From Hypanus sabinus (taxonomy: Eukaryota): DNA of 64,000 nt. The DNA lies in NCBI RefSeq assembly GCF_030144855.1, contig NC_082736.1:9176001-9240000 (forward strand), in the 5' to 3' direction. Under the pieces are notes generated by a model. The model was not told where the DNA came from, searched no databases, and was given only the letters and a program-made list of their open reading frames with translations. The first letter of the stretch is position 1, and each line of letters starts with the position of its first letter. Below are positions 24,533-36,620 of this stretch, piece after piece. Made by a program: the position numbers and the translations under genes.

Positions 24533-27230
24533 ATGCTTTCCAAGTAAAGAAGAGTTGACATCGAAGGTCGGATATTCAATGATAATTTAAAAGATTGTTT
24601 TTCCTTCTCTGAGGTCAATGACAAACCTATGTGTCTGATATGCTCGCAACAAGTGGCCGTGCCAAAAGAGTACAATATCAAATGACACTATGAGACGTCA
24701 CATGGAGAAAAATATGACAAGTACGCAGGACGACTCAGAATGCAAAACGTACATGATCTTGGAAGCAGCTCTGAAAAAAAACAGCAATCAGAGTTCACCC
24801 AATGTCTGGACACTCATGATCGAGCTGTGAAGGCCAGCTATTTATTGCCAATAAAACAGCTGCTGCGTCAAAGCCATACTCCAAGGGGGAATTCATCAGA
24901 CCATGCATGCTGACGGCAGCTGAGCTGGTGTGCCCTGAGAAGAGACAGGTTTTTGGTAATATCAGCTTGTAACGAAATACTGTGGCAGAGAGATTTGTGG
25001 CCCTTGCAGGGGTTTTCAACAATCAACTAAAAGACAAAGTGAAGTCATTTATTGCCTTTTCTATTGCAATTGATGAGAGCACTGACGTGACTGATGTATC
25101 TCAATTGGGAGTATTTATTCGTGGTGTTGATGCATCTTTGACCGTCACCAAGGAGTTTGTGGAGATGGGGCCCATGACAAACACCACAACGGCGAATGAC
25201 GTTTTCTCCAGCCTTGTCGAGGCCTTTGAAAGACTGGGGGTTGACAGGAGTCACACTGTCGCCATGGGAACGTTTGGCTGTCCAAGGTCGAGAAAAAGTC
25301 AGGTGTTGTTGTGAAACTCAGTGAGAAAGTTCAGACAGAGAATCCAGAGCAGGAAATCAAAGTTTCATTGTATTATACACCAAGAGGCATTATGTAGCAG
25401 GAACCTGAATATAGACAATGTCATGGATGTAGTAATCAAAACGGTTAATTTTATTAGAGCCAAGGGACTCAGCCATCGGCAATTTGACACTCTTTTCTCC
25501 GAAAGTAATATGGAAAACGGCCTACCCTACCACACTGAAGTCCGCTGGTTGAACAGAGGGGTTCCGCTCAAACGTTTCTTTTTCAATTACGTGCGAAAAT
25601 TGGACTATTCATGAATGAAAAAGGGAAGCCAGGCAGAGATGGATGACCCAGACTGGCTTTTTGATCTTGCATTTTTGGTGGATATAACAGAGCACTTAAA
25701 TGTGCTTAATGTTAACATGCAAGGCCGCAACAGCCTTGTTACGGAATGCTACAACAGCATTTGTGCCTTTCAAATTAAATTAGGCCTGTGGGAAATGCAA
25801 CTATCCCGGAGCAACCCAGCTCATTTCCCCTCTTTGCAATCTGTGCGTGTCGCTCATGGAAATAATGAAACATAGACAGGAACAAGGACAAAATATCATG
25901 GCTGAAAAGTGAGTTTCAGAATCAAGAAGGAATTCTCACTATTTTGCTCGCCGTTTTCCATCAACGCAGCATCAGATGTTCTGGAGGAATGCCAAATGGA
26001 ACTAATTGAAATTCAGTGTAACTCTACTTTATTGTCACCAAAAAAAATGATACTAGAGCGTACAATCATCACATTGATATTTGATTCTGCGCTTCGTGCT
26101 CCCTGAAGTACAAATTGAACTAATTATAATAAAAATTTAAATTATAAATCATAATTAGAAAATAGAACAGGTAGTGCAAGTCAGGTCCGGATATTTGGAA
26201 GGTACGGCCCAGATCCGGGTTAGGATCTGTTCATCAGTCTTATCACATTTGCAAGGAAGCTGTTCCCAAATCTGCCCATACAAGTCTTCATGCTCCTGAA
26301 CCTTGTCCCGGAGGGAAGAGGGATAAAAAGCGTGTTGGCTGGGTGGGTCTTCTCCTTGATTATCCTGGCAGCACTGCTCCAACAGCGTGTGGTGTAAAGT
26401 GAGTCCAAGGAAGGAAGATTGGTTTGTGTGATGTGCTGGGCTGTGTTCACGATCTTCTGCAGCTTCTTCCGGTCTTGGATAGGAAAACTTCCATACCAGG
26501 TTGTGATGCACCCTGGAAGAACGCTTTTTACGGTGCACCTATAAAAATTAGGGAGGGTTTTAGGGGACAGGCCAAATTTCTTCAGCTTTCTCAGTAAGTA
26601 AAGGTGCTGGTGGGCCTTCTTGGCAGTGGACTCTACTTGGTTAGACCAAGTCAGGTCATTTGTGATATTCACCCTGAGGAACTTAAAACTTTTGACCTGT
26701 TCCACCTGTGCACCACTGATGTAGATGGGGCAGTGTGGTTCGCTATGCCTTCTGAAGTCAATAACCAATTCCTTCATCTTGCTGACGTTGCGGGATAGGT
26801 TATTGTCTTCACACCAAGCCACCAGGTTCTTAATTTCCTCTCTGTAAGACTCATTATTACCCAAGATACGGCCTACAACTCGGCTTTGAAATATAAATCT
26901 CAGAATGTGGGTCTGGACTCATTCTATCAATACCTGGGACCGATGTACCCCAAGATGATAGATTTTGCCTCAGAGATCCTTTGCATATTCGAGACAACAT
27001 ATCTCTGTGAGCAGGCGTTCTCCATAATGAATATTAACAAATCCAAACTGCACTTGCAGCTGGCACACAGATATCTAAACAACATTATCAAAATCACAAC
27101 CGCCCAGAAACTGGTCCCAGATGTTGACAGGCTGGTTAAAGCCAAGAGATGTCAGGTGTCTGGAAGCAGCAGGTGTAACATGAGTGACACTGTTCGATGC
27201 GCTGCGACATGTAAGCAGAATGCATTATGA
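24533..27230 (+). pseudogene. Disrupted hAT transposase (GTF2IRD2/SPIN-like)
   Basis: [46 protein letters not shown] motifs; several stops and frameshifts plus a LINE insertion. Confidence 0.9.
26025..26876 (-). mobile_element. 5'-truncated Rex1/Babar LINE inserted in the hAT transposase
   Basis: ORF 26220..26864 WCEDNNL..NVSKMKELVIDFRR...LTWS...FYRCTV..ITTWYG; ends in AATAAAG; AACTC repeated at both junctions (26020-24, 26877-81), and removal restores CNSALKYK. Confidence 0.88.
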
Positions 27231-27268
27231 AATATTGAGTGTCATAATATTCTGATTCATTTTAAAAG

Positions 27269-27662
27269 GCGCACTTTAAAAGCCAGGACTTCTTTTCAGA
27301 GTGGTCATTTGAATCGGGAGCAAGTTACAGCTTGTGATTCAGCTGGGAGCTCAGAGAATTCGACCGTGTAGGTAGGATTTAAGCCTACCTGGTCAATACC
27401 TGTGGAGGAGGGGGAACTGCGCAGGATCGAGTGACGACAGCGTCGAGGGCGCACTTTAAAAGGCAGGACTTCTTTTCAGAGTGGTCATTTGAATCGGGAG
27501 CAAGTTACAGCTTGTGATTCAGCTGGGAGCTCAGAGAATTCGACCATGTAGGTAGGATTTAAGCCTACCTGGTCAATACCTGTGGAGGAGGGGGAACTGC
27601 GTAGGCGCGAGTGACGACAGCGTCGAGCGCGCACTTTAAAAGGCAGGACTTCTTTCCAGAGC
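27269..27662 (+). repeat. ~180-bp tandem monomers in the CR1 5'UTR (about 2.2 copies)
   Basis: Units start GCGCACTTTAAAAG at 27269, 27449 and 27628 and are nearly identical. Confidence 0.92.
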
Positions 27663-27813
27663 GGGCAGCGGAGTCCGTGGAAGCAGAGTCCTGAGCTTTG
27701 GCTAAGTGGGCTTCGGCATAAGGGGACTTCGGTAAGCCTGTGTGATTGCTCGCTGAGGGGAAGGTAAGGTCACTAGGTGCTTTTTAGACTTATTCTATTA
27801 ATTCAGTTCAGGT

Positions 27814-28764
27814 ATGGGGGAGACAGTCAGAGCAGTGGTGTGCTCCGTATGCGGTATGTGGGAAGTCAGGGTCAACACAGTTGTCCCTGATGACCACACC
27901 TGCAAGAGGTGCGTCCAGCTACAGCTCCTATCAGCCCGAGTTAGGGAGTTGGAGCTGGAGCTGGATGAACTACGGATCATTCGGGAGGCAGAGGCAGAGA
28001 TAGATAGGAGTTATCAGGAGGTAGTCACACCAAAAAACCAAGAAGTAGGCAGATGGGTGACGGTCCAGAGAGGCAGGGGGAGCAGGCAGAGAGAGCAGAG
28101 CACCCCTGCGGCCATTCCCATTAACAATAAGTATACCGTACTGGATACTATTGATGGGGATGAACTACCAGGAATGAGTTGTAGTGGTCCTGCCTCTGGC
28201 ACAGAGGTTGAACCCTCAACTAGAAAGGGGAGGAGGGAAGAGAAGAGAGCGATAGTTTTAGGGGATTCTATAGTCAGGGGGGCAGATAGGAGATTTTGTG
28301 GGGCAGATCGGGAGCCTCGGATGGCATGTTGCCTCCCTGGTGCCAGGGTCCGGGACATCTCAGATCGGGTGCAGGCTATTCTTGAGAACGAGGGCATGAA
28401 CCCAGATGTAGTGGTCCATGTAGGGACCAACGATGTAGGTAAGGTGAGTGAGGGGGTCCTGCTTAGAGAGTTCAGGGAGTTAGGAGTGAAGCTGAAAGGC
28501 AGGACATTCAGGGTGCCAATCTCGGGATTGCTACCTGTGCCACATGCGAGTGAGGCGAAGAATAGAATGATTATGCACATCAATACGAGGCTGAGAGCAT
28601 GATGCAGGAAGGAAGGGTTCAGGTTTTTGGATAATTGGTCTTTGTTCCAGGGACATTGGGATCTGTTTCGAAGGGACGGTCTACATCTGAACCGGAGGGG
28701 TACTAACATTCTTGCAGGAGTGTTGGCCAGTGCTGCTCGGGGGCGGGGGGGTGGTTTAAACTAG
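27814..28764 (+). pseudogene. CR1 ORF1 (zinc finger/leucine zipper plus SGNH esterase) with internal TGA
   Basis: CSVC...CKRC, heptad leucines, GDS, HVGTND; TGA at 28600-28602, then in-frame CRKEGF...DGLHL. Confidence 0.88.
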
Positions 28765-30121
28765 ATGTGCAGGGGGCAGGGATCCAGATCCAGAGGGTTG
28801 GTCAGAAGGAGCATGGGGTTAAATGTGTAGGAGGTTTGGGTGATCTTGAGAAGGTCATCAAAATTCAGGGTGCAATTAGCCCGATGGAAGTTCAAGGAGC
28901 TGGGTTAGGTACAGTAGACAGTGTTTTAAGCAAAGAGAGGAGGAATGGGCTAAGAATTCTATACTTGAATGTGCTTAGTGTCAGAAATAAGACAGATGAG
29001 CTTGAAGCTCAGATGAAAATGGGGAACTACGATATTGTTGGGATAACGGAGACATGGCTGCAAGGGGATCAGGCCTGGGAATTGAGTGTACCAGGGTATA
29101 CGTGCTATCGTAGAGACAGAAATATGGGAAGAGGGGGTGGGGTGGCCCTGTTGGTGAGGAATGAGATTCAGTCCTTAGCAAGAGGTGACTTGGGAACAGG
29201 GGAAGTAGAGTCTGTGTGGATTGAGCTGAGGAACAGTAAGGGTAAAAAGACCCTAATGGGTGTTGTGTACAGGCCCCCAAACAGTAGCGTGGATATTGGG
29301 TACAAGTTGATTAGGGAGTTAACATTGGCTTGTGCTAAAGGAAATGCAGTCGTTATGGGAGATTTCAACATGCAGGTGAACTGGGAGAATCAGGTAGGTG
29401 CTGGACCCCAGGATAGGGAGGTTGTGCAGTGTCTAAGGGTTGTATTCTTGGAACAGCTTGTGCTTGAGCCAACCAGGAACGAGGCTATTTTGGACTTGGT
29501 GATCTGTAATGAACAGGAATTGATAAGTGATCTTGAAGTAAAGGAGCCATTAGGAAGTAGTGATCATAACATGATAAGTTTTTATATACAATTTGAGAGG
29601 GATAGGGCAGATCAGAGGTGTCAGTGTTGCAATTAAATAAAGGAGACTACGGAGCCATGAGGGATGAGCTGGCCAAAGTTAAATGGGTGGATGCCCTGGC
29701 AGGAAAGACAGTGGATCAGCAGTGGCAGATATTCTTGGGCTTAATACAAAAGATGCAAATGCAGTTCATTCCAATGAGAAGGAAGGATTCAAAGAGGGGG
29801 AAGGGGCCACAGTGGTTGACAAAGGAAGTCAGAGATTGTATAGCATTAAAGTAAAAGAAGTATGACAGGGCTAAGATGAGTGGGAATACAGATGATTGGG
29901 AAAGTTGTAAGGAACAGCAGATCTTAACTAAAAAAGCAATACGGAGAGAAAAAATCAGGTATGAGCTCAGTCTAGCCAGGAATATAAAAGGGGATAGCAA
30001 AAGCTTTTTTAGCTATGTGAAGAGAAAGAAGATAGTTAAGAACAATGTTGGCCCCTTGAAGAATGAATTGGGAGAAATTGTTATGGGAAACAGGGAAATG
30101 GCAACAGAATTTAATGCGTAC

Positions 30122-30960
30122 TGTTACGTACTCGTGACACATGACAGTGGAGCCCTTGTCATGTGACTGGGGTTGAAGCTGTACTGGACTTGAGGTGATG
30201 GTCTTGTGATGGTGGAATGACGTCATTTTCCCGCCAGTAGAGATCATGTGATGGGTTTTTTACAGGTTATAAAAGGTAGACCCCACCCTGTGAGGAGGGG
30301 CAGTTCGTGGCTGGATTTGCCAGGTTGACTTCATGCCACTGCGTGTTTGAAGTGATGACGCAGTTTAGTTGAAGGATGAAGTTTTTATTTAATGCCTAAA
30401 GTTTAAAAGGTTAATGCCAACAGGTTCTTTATGATTCTGTTAGTTTGAGAATTAAAGGAGAGTGAAGATTCAAGGTTGGAAGTTAAAGATCGAGGAGAAT
30501 CGCTTTCTACGGTGAAACGGGGGCGACCTTTGTTTGATCCTTATTGGGAAGGATTTCGTTGACTATCTTCGTGTTAATCCCTAGGTTTACCTAGAAAGGA
30601 TTGAAGGTAGTGGAGAAGGAAAGGTCAGTGCCTTTAAGCCGTTCTGTTTCGTAAATTCTTCGTGGGAATTTCGACGTCGGGAATCGAAGCAAGCGACGTG
30701 AAAGAGAACTTAAATCGTCCTGTAAAGTCTCTCCTTTTAAATGGACTGTGAGCATATCGAACTTTTGGCAATATCACTTTAAGAACTGTTTTGGAATATC
30801 ACTTTACGAACTGTTTAAACAGCCGCTCAGCAGCTGTTTCCGGTTACGGTAGTGTTTGTTTACTTTTGGGGGGTTTGTTTTCTGTGTTTAATAAACGTGT
30901 TGTTTGTTATAAGAAACCCTTGCCGATCTCATATATTTATTGTTGCCTGAATACGTAACA
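30122..30960 (+). repeat. 5' LTR
   Basis: TG...CA ends with a 9-bp terminal inverted repeat; TATAAAA ~30268; AATAAA ~30890. Confidence 0.96.
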
Positions 30961-30967
30961 TTAAATA

Positions 30968-30985
30968 TGGGGGCTCGTCCGGGAT
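30968..30985 (+). promoter_or_regulatory. Primer-binding site, tRNA-Pro
   Basis: TGGGGGCTCGTCCGGGAT, the 18-nt complement of the tRNA-Pro 3' end. Confidence 0.92.
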
Positions 30986-31086
30986 CGAATTTTTTGAGTT
31001 TACATGCTTGCTAACTTTTAAATCGGTGTTTTGGAAACGGGGATTACTCGGTTCTTTTGTTTGGCTTGTTGTGGTATTCGGCAGCA

Positions 31087-34000
31087 ATGAATATTGATGA
31101 GTTTCTGGCTTCGCCAGCTGCAGAGGTGTTGGCGAAGGCGAGAAAAACTGAGGTGTTTGAGATAGCTAGTAGATTGCGACTTAAAGGTATTTTGCAGACG
31201 ACTTCTAAGGCTGTAATACAGAGGAAAATCGCGTCACACTATGTGGATTCGGGTGTTTTTGATGAATCGATTTTAGAGTCGTTTCAAATAAGTAATCTGG
31301 AGATGCAGTTGCAAATCGAACAAATGAAATTGGAGAGGTGTAAATTGGAGGCGGAACAAAAGCAGAGAGAATTTGCATATGCAATGGAGGAATTAAGGAC
31401 TGGAAATCAGTCTTCTGGTTCTAAAAAAACGTTTGTTGCTAGTCAAGAAATTAAATTGGTCCCTCCATTTAGTGAGACAGAAGTGGAAAGGTATTTTCAA
31501 CATTTTGGAACTATTGCTCTGATGTCAGAGTGGCCGAAAGATAAATGGTCAGTGTTGTTACAAAGTGTAATTAAAGGCAAAGCACAACAAGTTTACACAG
31601 CTTTAATAGCTGCACAAGCTCTTGATTATGATATTGTAAAGAGTCATATTTTAAACGCATATGAGTTAGTCCCAGAAGCATATAGGGAAAGATTCAGAAG
31701 TTTGAAAAAGTCTGTGGAAAAAACTTATGTGGAATTTGCCTATGATAAAGCTATGTGTTTTGAGAGATGGGTTTCTTCTAAAAATGTAAATGGGGACTAT
31801 GATACATTGAGACAGCTGATTTTAATGGAGGAATTTAAAAGAAGCATTCCTGTTGAAGTAAGGACCTACTTAAATGAGAAGGATACTGATAAATTGCAGG
31901 ACTGTGCTAGATTAGCTGATGAGTATGTTTTGATCCACAAGAACAAATTTCCTCAAGGCAGAATTTTTAAGAGGAAAAATAACACGGAGACTCCAGGTAA
32001 ATTTGAAATTAAATTGGAGGTTGATGAGAAAGGAAAGCCTGTGAAGGAAAGACAGTTTGGTCTTACTTGTAACTATTGTAAGAAGCCTGGCCATGTAATA
32101 GCTAACTGTTTCAAATTGAAAAAGAAAGAGAAGGAAGCAGTTCCAGATGCTTGTGTGCAACATACTGAAGCACATGTAAAGTTACAGGGTTTGATAAACA
32201 TAAATGAGGCTTTGTTAGAGTCTGACCAAGTTAGAAAGGGATATGATCATTTTATAACTGAAGGGTTTGTATCCTTGAAGGAAGGATCTACTTTGGTGCC
32301 AATAAAAATCCTTAGGGATACTGGTGCTTCTCAGTCATTGATGTTAGACAGTGTGTTGAACTTTAATGAAGAGTCTGATACTGGTGAGGTAAATTACATA
32401 AGAGGTGTTGGAAGTGATTTTATGCCTGTACATTTACATAAAGTAAATTTAAAGTCAGGGTTAGTTACAGGATTTGTTAAAATAGGATTACAGCATAGCT
32501 TACCTGTGAATGGTATTTCTTTATTGTTAGGTAATGACTTGGCAGGTGGACAAGTTTTTCCTGAAGTGCATTTGACAATGGAGTCAGAGGAACCAGAGAT
32601 GAATTCTAACACAGATTCTTCCTGTGTTGTGACTAGAGCTATGGCTAAAAAGATTGATGCGCAGAATGAGGTTGTTATTCAGGACTGTTCAACTCAGGAT
32701 TCGAGTTTTGAGGATGTGTCAGAGACTTTCTTATCTTCGTTGTTTGAACAAGATTCTGGGAGTAAGTCTGACTATAAAGATTTATCTTTGTCTCGGAAGG
32801 AGATGATAGCAGAGCAGAATAGAGATTCTGAGATTATAAAATTAAAAGAGCAGGTTTTACTAGATAGTGAAATTGATAAGGTGCCAGTAGGATATTACTT
32901 GGAAAAAGGAGTGTTGATGAGGAAGTGGAGATCGCCTACAATTCCTGCAAGTGAGGATTGGAATGTTGTTTACCAGGTAGTTGTTCCAAAAGCTTATCGA
33001 AATGAGATTTTGACTTTAGCTCATAGTGTGCCTTTAGGTGGACATCAAGGGGTAAGGAAAACTGTGGACAAGATTTTAAAACATTTTTACTGGCCTGGTC
33101 TAAGAAAAGATGTGGCGATGTTTTGTAAAACGTGCCATACTTGTCAAATTGTGGGTAAACCAAATCAGGTTACACCAGTAGCTCCATTACAACCTATCCC
33201 AGCATTTGGTGAACCATTTTCTAAAGTTATTGTAGATTGTGTTGGTCCATTACCAAAGACAAAAACTGGTTATCAGTATTGACTATCATGTGTACTACTT
33301 CTAGGTTTCCAGAGGCAGTACCACTTAGGAATATAAAAGCTAAGACTGTGACAAAGGCCCTTATAAATTTTTTTTACTTATTTTGGATTACCTAAGGAGA
33401 TACAAACTGATCAAGGCAGTAATTTTATGTCTGGATTGTTTCAACAGATTGTTTATAAATTGGGAGCTAAGCAAATCACTTCGTCTGCATACCATCCAGA
33501 ATCGCAGGGTGCCTTGGAGAGGTTTCATTCTACCCTCAAGAATATGATTAGGACATTTTGTGTGGAAAATGAAAGTGACTGGAATGAGGGTATAAACTTA
33601 CTTTTATTTGCAGTAAGGGAATCGGTACAGGAATCTTTAGGTTTTAGTCCATTTGAACTTGTGTTTGGGCATAGAGTTAGAGGACCTTTAGCTTTGTTGA
33701 AAGAACAGTGGATTAATAAGGAAGTACATACTAATTTGTTGGACTATGTGTTGAAATTTAAGGACAGGTTACATAAAGCTTGTAGCTTAGCTAAGGAAAA
33801 TTTAAAGTTGGCTCAGGAGAAAATGAAGACTTGGTATGATAAAGACGCTAGGATGAGGATGTTTAAGCCTGGAGATAAGGTGTTGGTTCTTTTCCCAGTG
33901 CAGACAAATCCTTTACAAGCTAGATTTCATGGTCCTTATGAAATTGTGTCTAAAATTAATGATGTGGATTACGTGGTAAAAACTCCAGATCGTAGAAGGT

Positions 34001-35583
34001 CAACACAACTTTGCCATATAAATATGTTGAAACCATATTTTGAGAAACAATCTGATACAGTGACTGTTGTGGTTAGTGAGAATGAGTTTGATTTAACTAG
34101 GAACATGATAGATGATTCATCTGACTTTCATTCTAAATCCAACATTGTTTCTGTTAGGTTACCAAATTCAACCATTCTGGAAAATATTGATGAAAAATTA
34201 GCACATTTACAGTTAGAGCAGAGACAACAGATGAAGGAGTTGATTTTTAAATATAGGGAGTTGTTTCCAGATGTTCCGAGAAGGACTTCTATAGCTTCAC
34301 ATGATGTAGATGTTGGGGATGCCAAACCTATTAAACAACATCCATATAGGATGAACATGGAAAAATGTGAACTTGCTGAGAAAGAAATTGAATATATGTT
34401 AGAGAATAATATCATTAGACATTCTAACTCGAATTGGAGTTCGCCATGTGTTATGGTGCCAAAGCCAGATGGTAGTATTAGGTTTTGTACGGATTATAGG
34501 AAGGTGAATGCTGAAACGAAAACGGATGCATATCCAATTCCTAGAGTAGATGATTGTGTAGATAAAGTTGGAAAGGCAAAGTTCCTTACAAAGATTGATT
34601 TATTGAAAGGGTATTGGTGTGTTCCATTAACGGACAGAGGTAGAGAGATTTCTGCATTTGTAACTCCATCTGGGTTATATGAGTATAATGTTCTTCCATT
34701 TGGGATGAAGAATGCCCCAGGTACTTTCCAGAGGATGATTAACTTTGTGATTCAGGGATTGAAAGATACTGATGCTTATATTGATGATTTAGTGACAGGA
34801 AATGATACTTGGGAAGCACACATTATTGCGATGGAGAAATTGTTTGAAAGGCTTTCAAAAGCTAACTTAACTATTAATTTAGCTAAGAGTGAATTTGGAC
34901 ATGCCACTGTGACTTACCTTGGTTATGTTGTGGGTCAAGGTAAGGTAGCTCCTGTTCAGGCAAAAGTTCAGGCAATTTTAGAGATTCCCACTCCAACGGG
35001 GAAAAAGACTCTCAGAAGGTTTTTGGGAATGGTAGGATATTATCGGAAATTTTGTAAGAATTTTGCTAATGTTGCCCTTCCATTAACTAACCTTCTGCGG
35101 AAAAATGAGAAGTTTGTATGGACGGTGCTTTGTCAAGAAGCATTTGAAAAATTGAAAACAATGATATGTCAACAACCTGTGCTTAAGGCACCTGACTTTG
35201 GAAAACCTTTTTCATTGGCTGTGGATGCTAGTGATGAGGCTGCAGGAGCAGTATTAAATCAAAGGAATGAGGGTGATGAGGTTGATCATCCAGTAGCTTA
35301 CTTTTCTAAGAAATTTAATAAGCATCAAAGAAATTATTCGACAATAGAGAAAGAATTGTTATCTCTTGTTTTAGCTTTGGAATATTTTGAGGTATATGTT
35401 AGTACAACTCAGAAACCACTTATTGTTTACACTGATCATAATCCGTTAGTTTTTTTGAGTAAGATGAAAAACAAAAACAGAAGGTTATTAAATTGGAGTT
35501 TGATGTTACAAGAGTACAATATTGTGATAACACATATTAAAGGTAAAGATAATGTGGTTGCTGATTGTCTATCTCGATGTTGA
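31087..35583 (+). pseudogene. Gmr1-type gag-pol polyprotein with two nearby indels in integrase
   Basis: SCAN-like capsid, CNYCKKPGHVIANC knuckle, LRDTGA protease, HHCC plus D-D-E integrase, LPFGMKNAP/YIDD RT, VDAS..TDH RNase H. Frame is broken at ~33280 and restored at the T8 run 33368-33375. Confidence 0.93.
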
Positions 35584-35772
35584 ATGTACACTGTAATTTT
35601 TTTTTATGGAGTGTTTTTTTTTTCCAATTGTAACACTCCTACTGTATTGTGACTTATAAGCTGTTATATGATGGTGTTGTGTATTGTATATGTTATAAAA
35701 TTTATACCTTTGTTTTTCTTGTAAGCAATTGTTAAAAATTTTTGTTCTTGTCAGTCCAAAAATGTTTTTTTT

Positions 35773-35781
35773 GGAGGGAGG
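35773..35781 (+). promoter_or_regulatory. Polypurine tract
   Basis: GGAGGGAGG after a T run, immediately before the 3' LTR. Confidence 0.8.
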
Positions 35782-36620
35782 TGTTACGTACTCGTGACAC
35801 ATGACAGTGGAGCCCTTGTCATGTGACTGGGGTTGAAGCTGTACTGGACTTGAGGTGATGGTCTTGTGATGGTGGAATGACGTCATTTTCCCGCCAGTAG
35901 AGATCATGTGATGGGTTTTTTACAGGTTATAAAAGGTAGACCCCACCCTGTGAGGAGGGGCAGTTCGTGGCTGGATTTGCCAGGTTGACTTCATGCCACT
36001 GCGTGTTTGAAGTGATGACGCAGTTTAGTTGAAGGATGAAGTTTTTATTTAATGCCTAAAGTTTAAAAGGTTAATGCCAACAGGTTCTTTATGATTCTGT
36101 TAGTTTGAGAATTAAAGGAGAGTGAAGATTCAAGGTTGGAAGTTAAAGATCGAGGAGAATCGCTTTCTACGGTGAAACGGGGGCGACCTTTGTTTGATCC
36201 TTATTGGGAAGGATTTCGTTGACTATCTTCGTGTTAACCCCTAGGTTTACCTAGAAAGGATTGAAGGTAGTGGAGAAGGAAAGGTCAGTGCCTTTAAGCC
36301 GTTCTGTTTCGTAAATTCTTCGTGGGAATTTCGACGTCGGGAATCGAAGCAAGCGACGTGAAAGAGAACTTAAATCGTCCTGTAAAGTCTCTCCTTTTAA
36401 ATGGACTGTGAGCATATCGAACTTTTGGCAATATCACTTTAAGAACTGTTTTGGAATATCACTTTACGAACTGTTTGAACAGCCGCTCAGCAGCTGTTTC
36501 CGGTTACGGTAGTGTTTGTTTACTTTTGGGGGGGTTGTTTTCTGTGTTTAATAAACGTGTTGTTTGTTATAAGAAACCCTTGCCGATCTCATATATTTAT
36601 TGTTGCCTGAATACGTAACA
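35782..36620 (+). repeat. 3' LTR
   Basis: Direct repeat of 30122-30960. Confidence 0.96.

Larger units (their letters stand above)
30122..36620 (+). mobile_element. Full-length Gmr1-like (Ty3/Gypsy) LTR retrotransposon
   Basis: Two 839-bp LTRs (3 differences by eye), TSD GTAC (30118-21 / 36621-24), PBS, PPT, and gag-PR-IN-RT-RH order. Confidence 0.96.

Noticed and set aside
28014-28709. 231-aa antisense ORF present in both CR1 copies
   Set aside because: The copies are nearly identical, so sharing is uninformative, and there is no recognisable domain.
30968-30985. tRNA gene or endogenous gammaretrovirus
   Set aside because: Only an 18-nt PBS; there is no env, and the pol is Gypsy/Gmr1-type.
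33280-33426. Programmed stop readthrough between the two same-frame Gmr1 ORFs
   Set aside because: A second in-frame stop follows, and the conserved integrase peptide lies in another frame; two indels explain it.
24241-36620. Resemblance to SCAND3/ZBED9 (SCAN + integrase + hAT transposase)
   Set aside because: The parts are separate nested elements in the opposite order, and the transposase is dead; no fused ORF.
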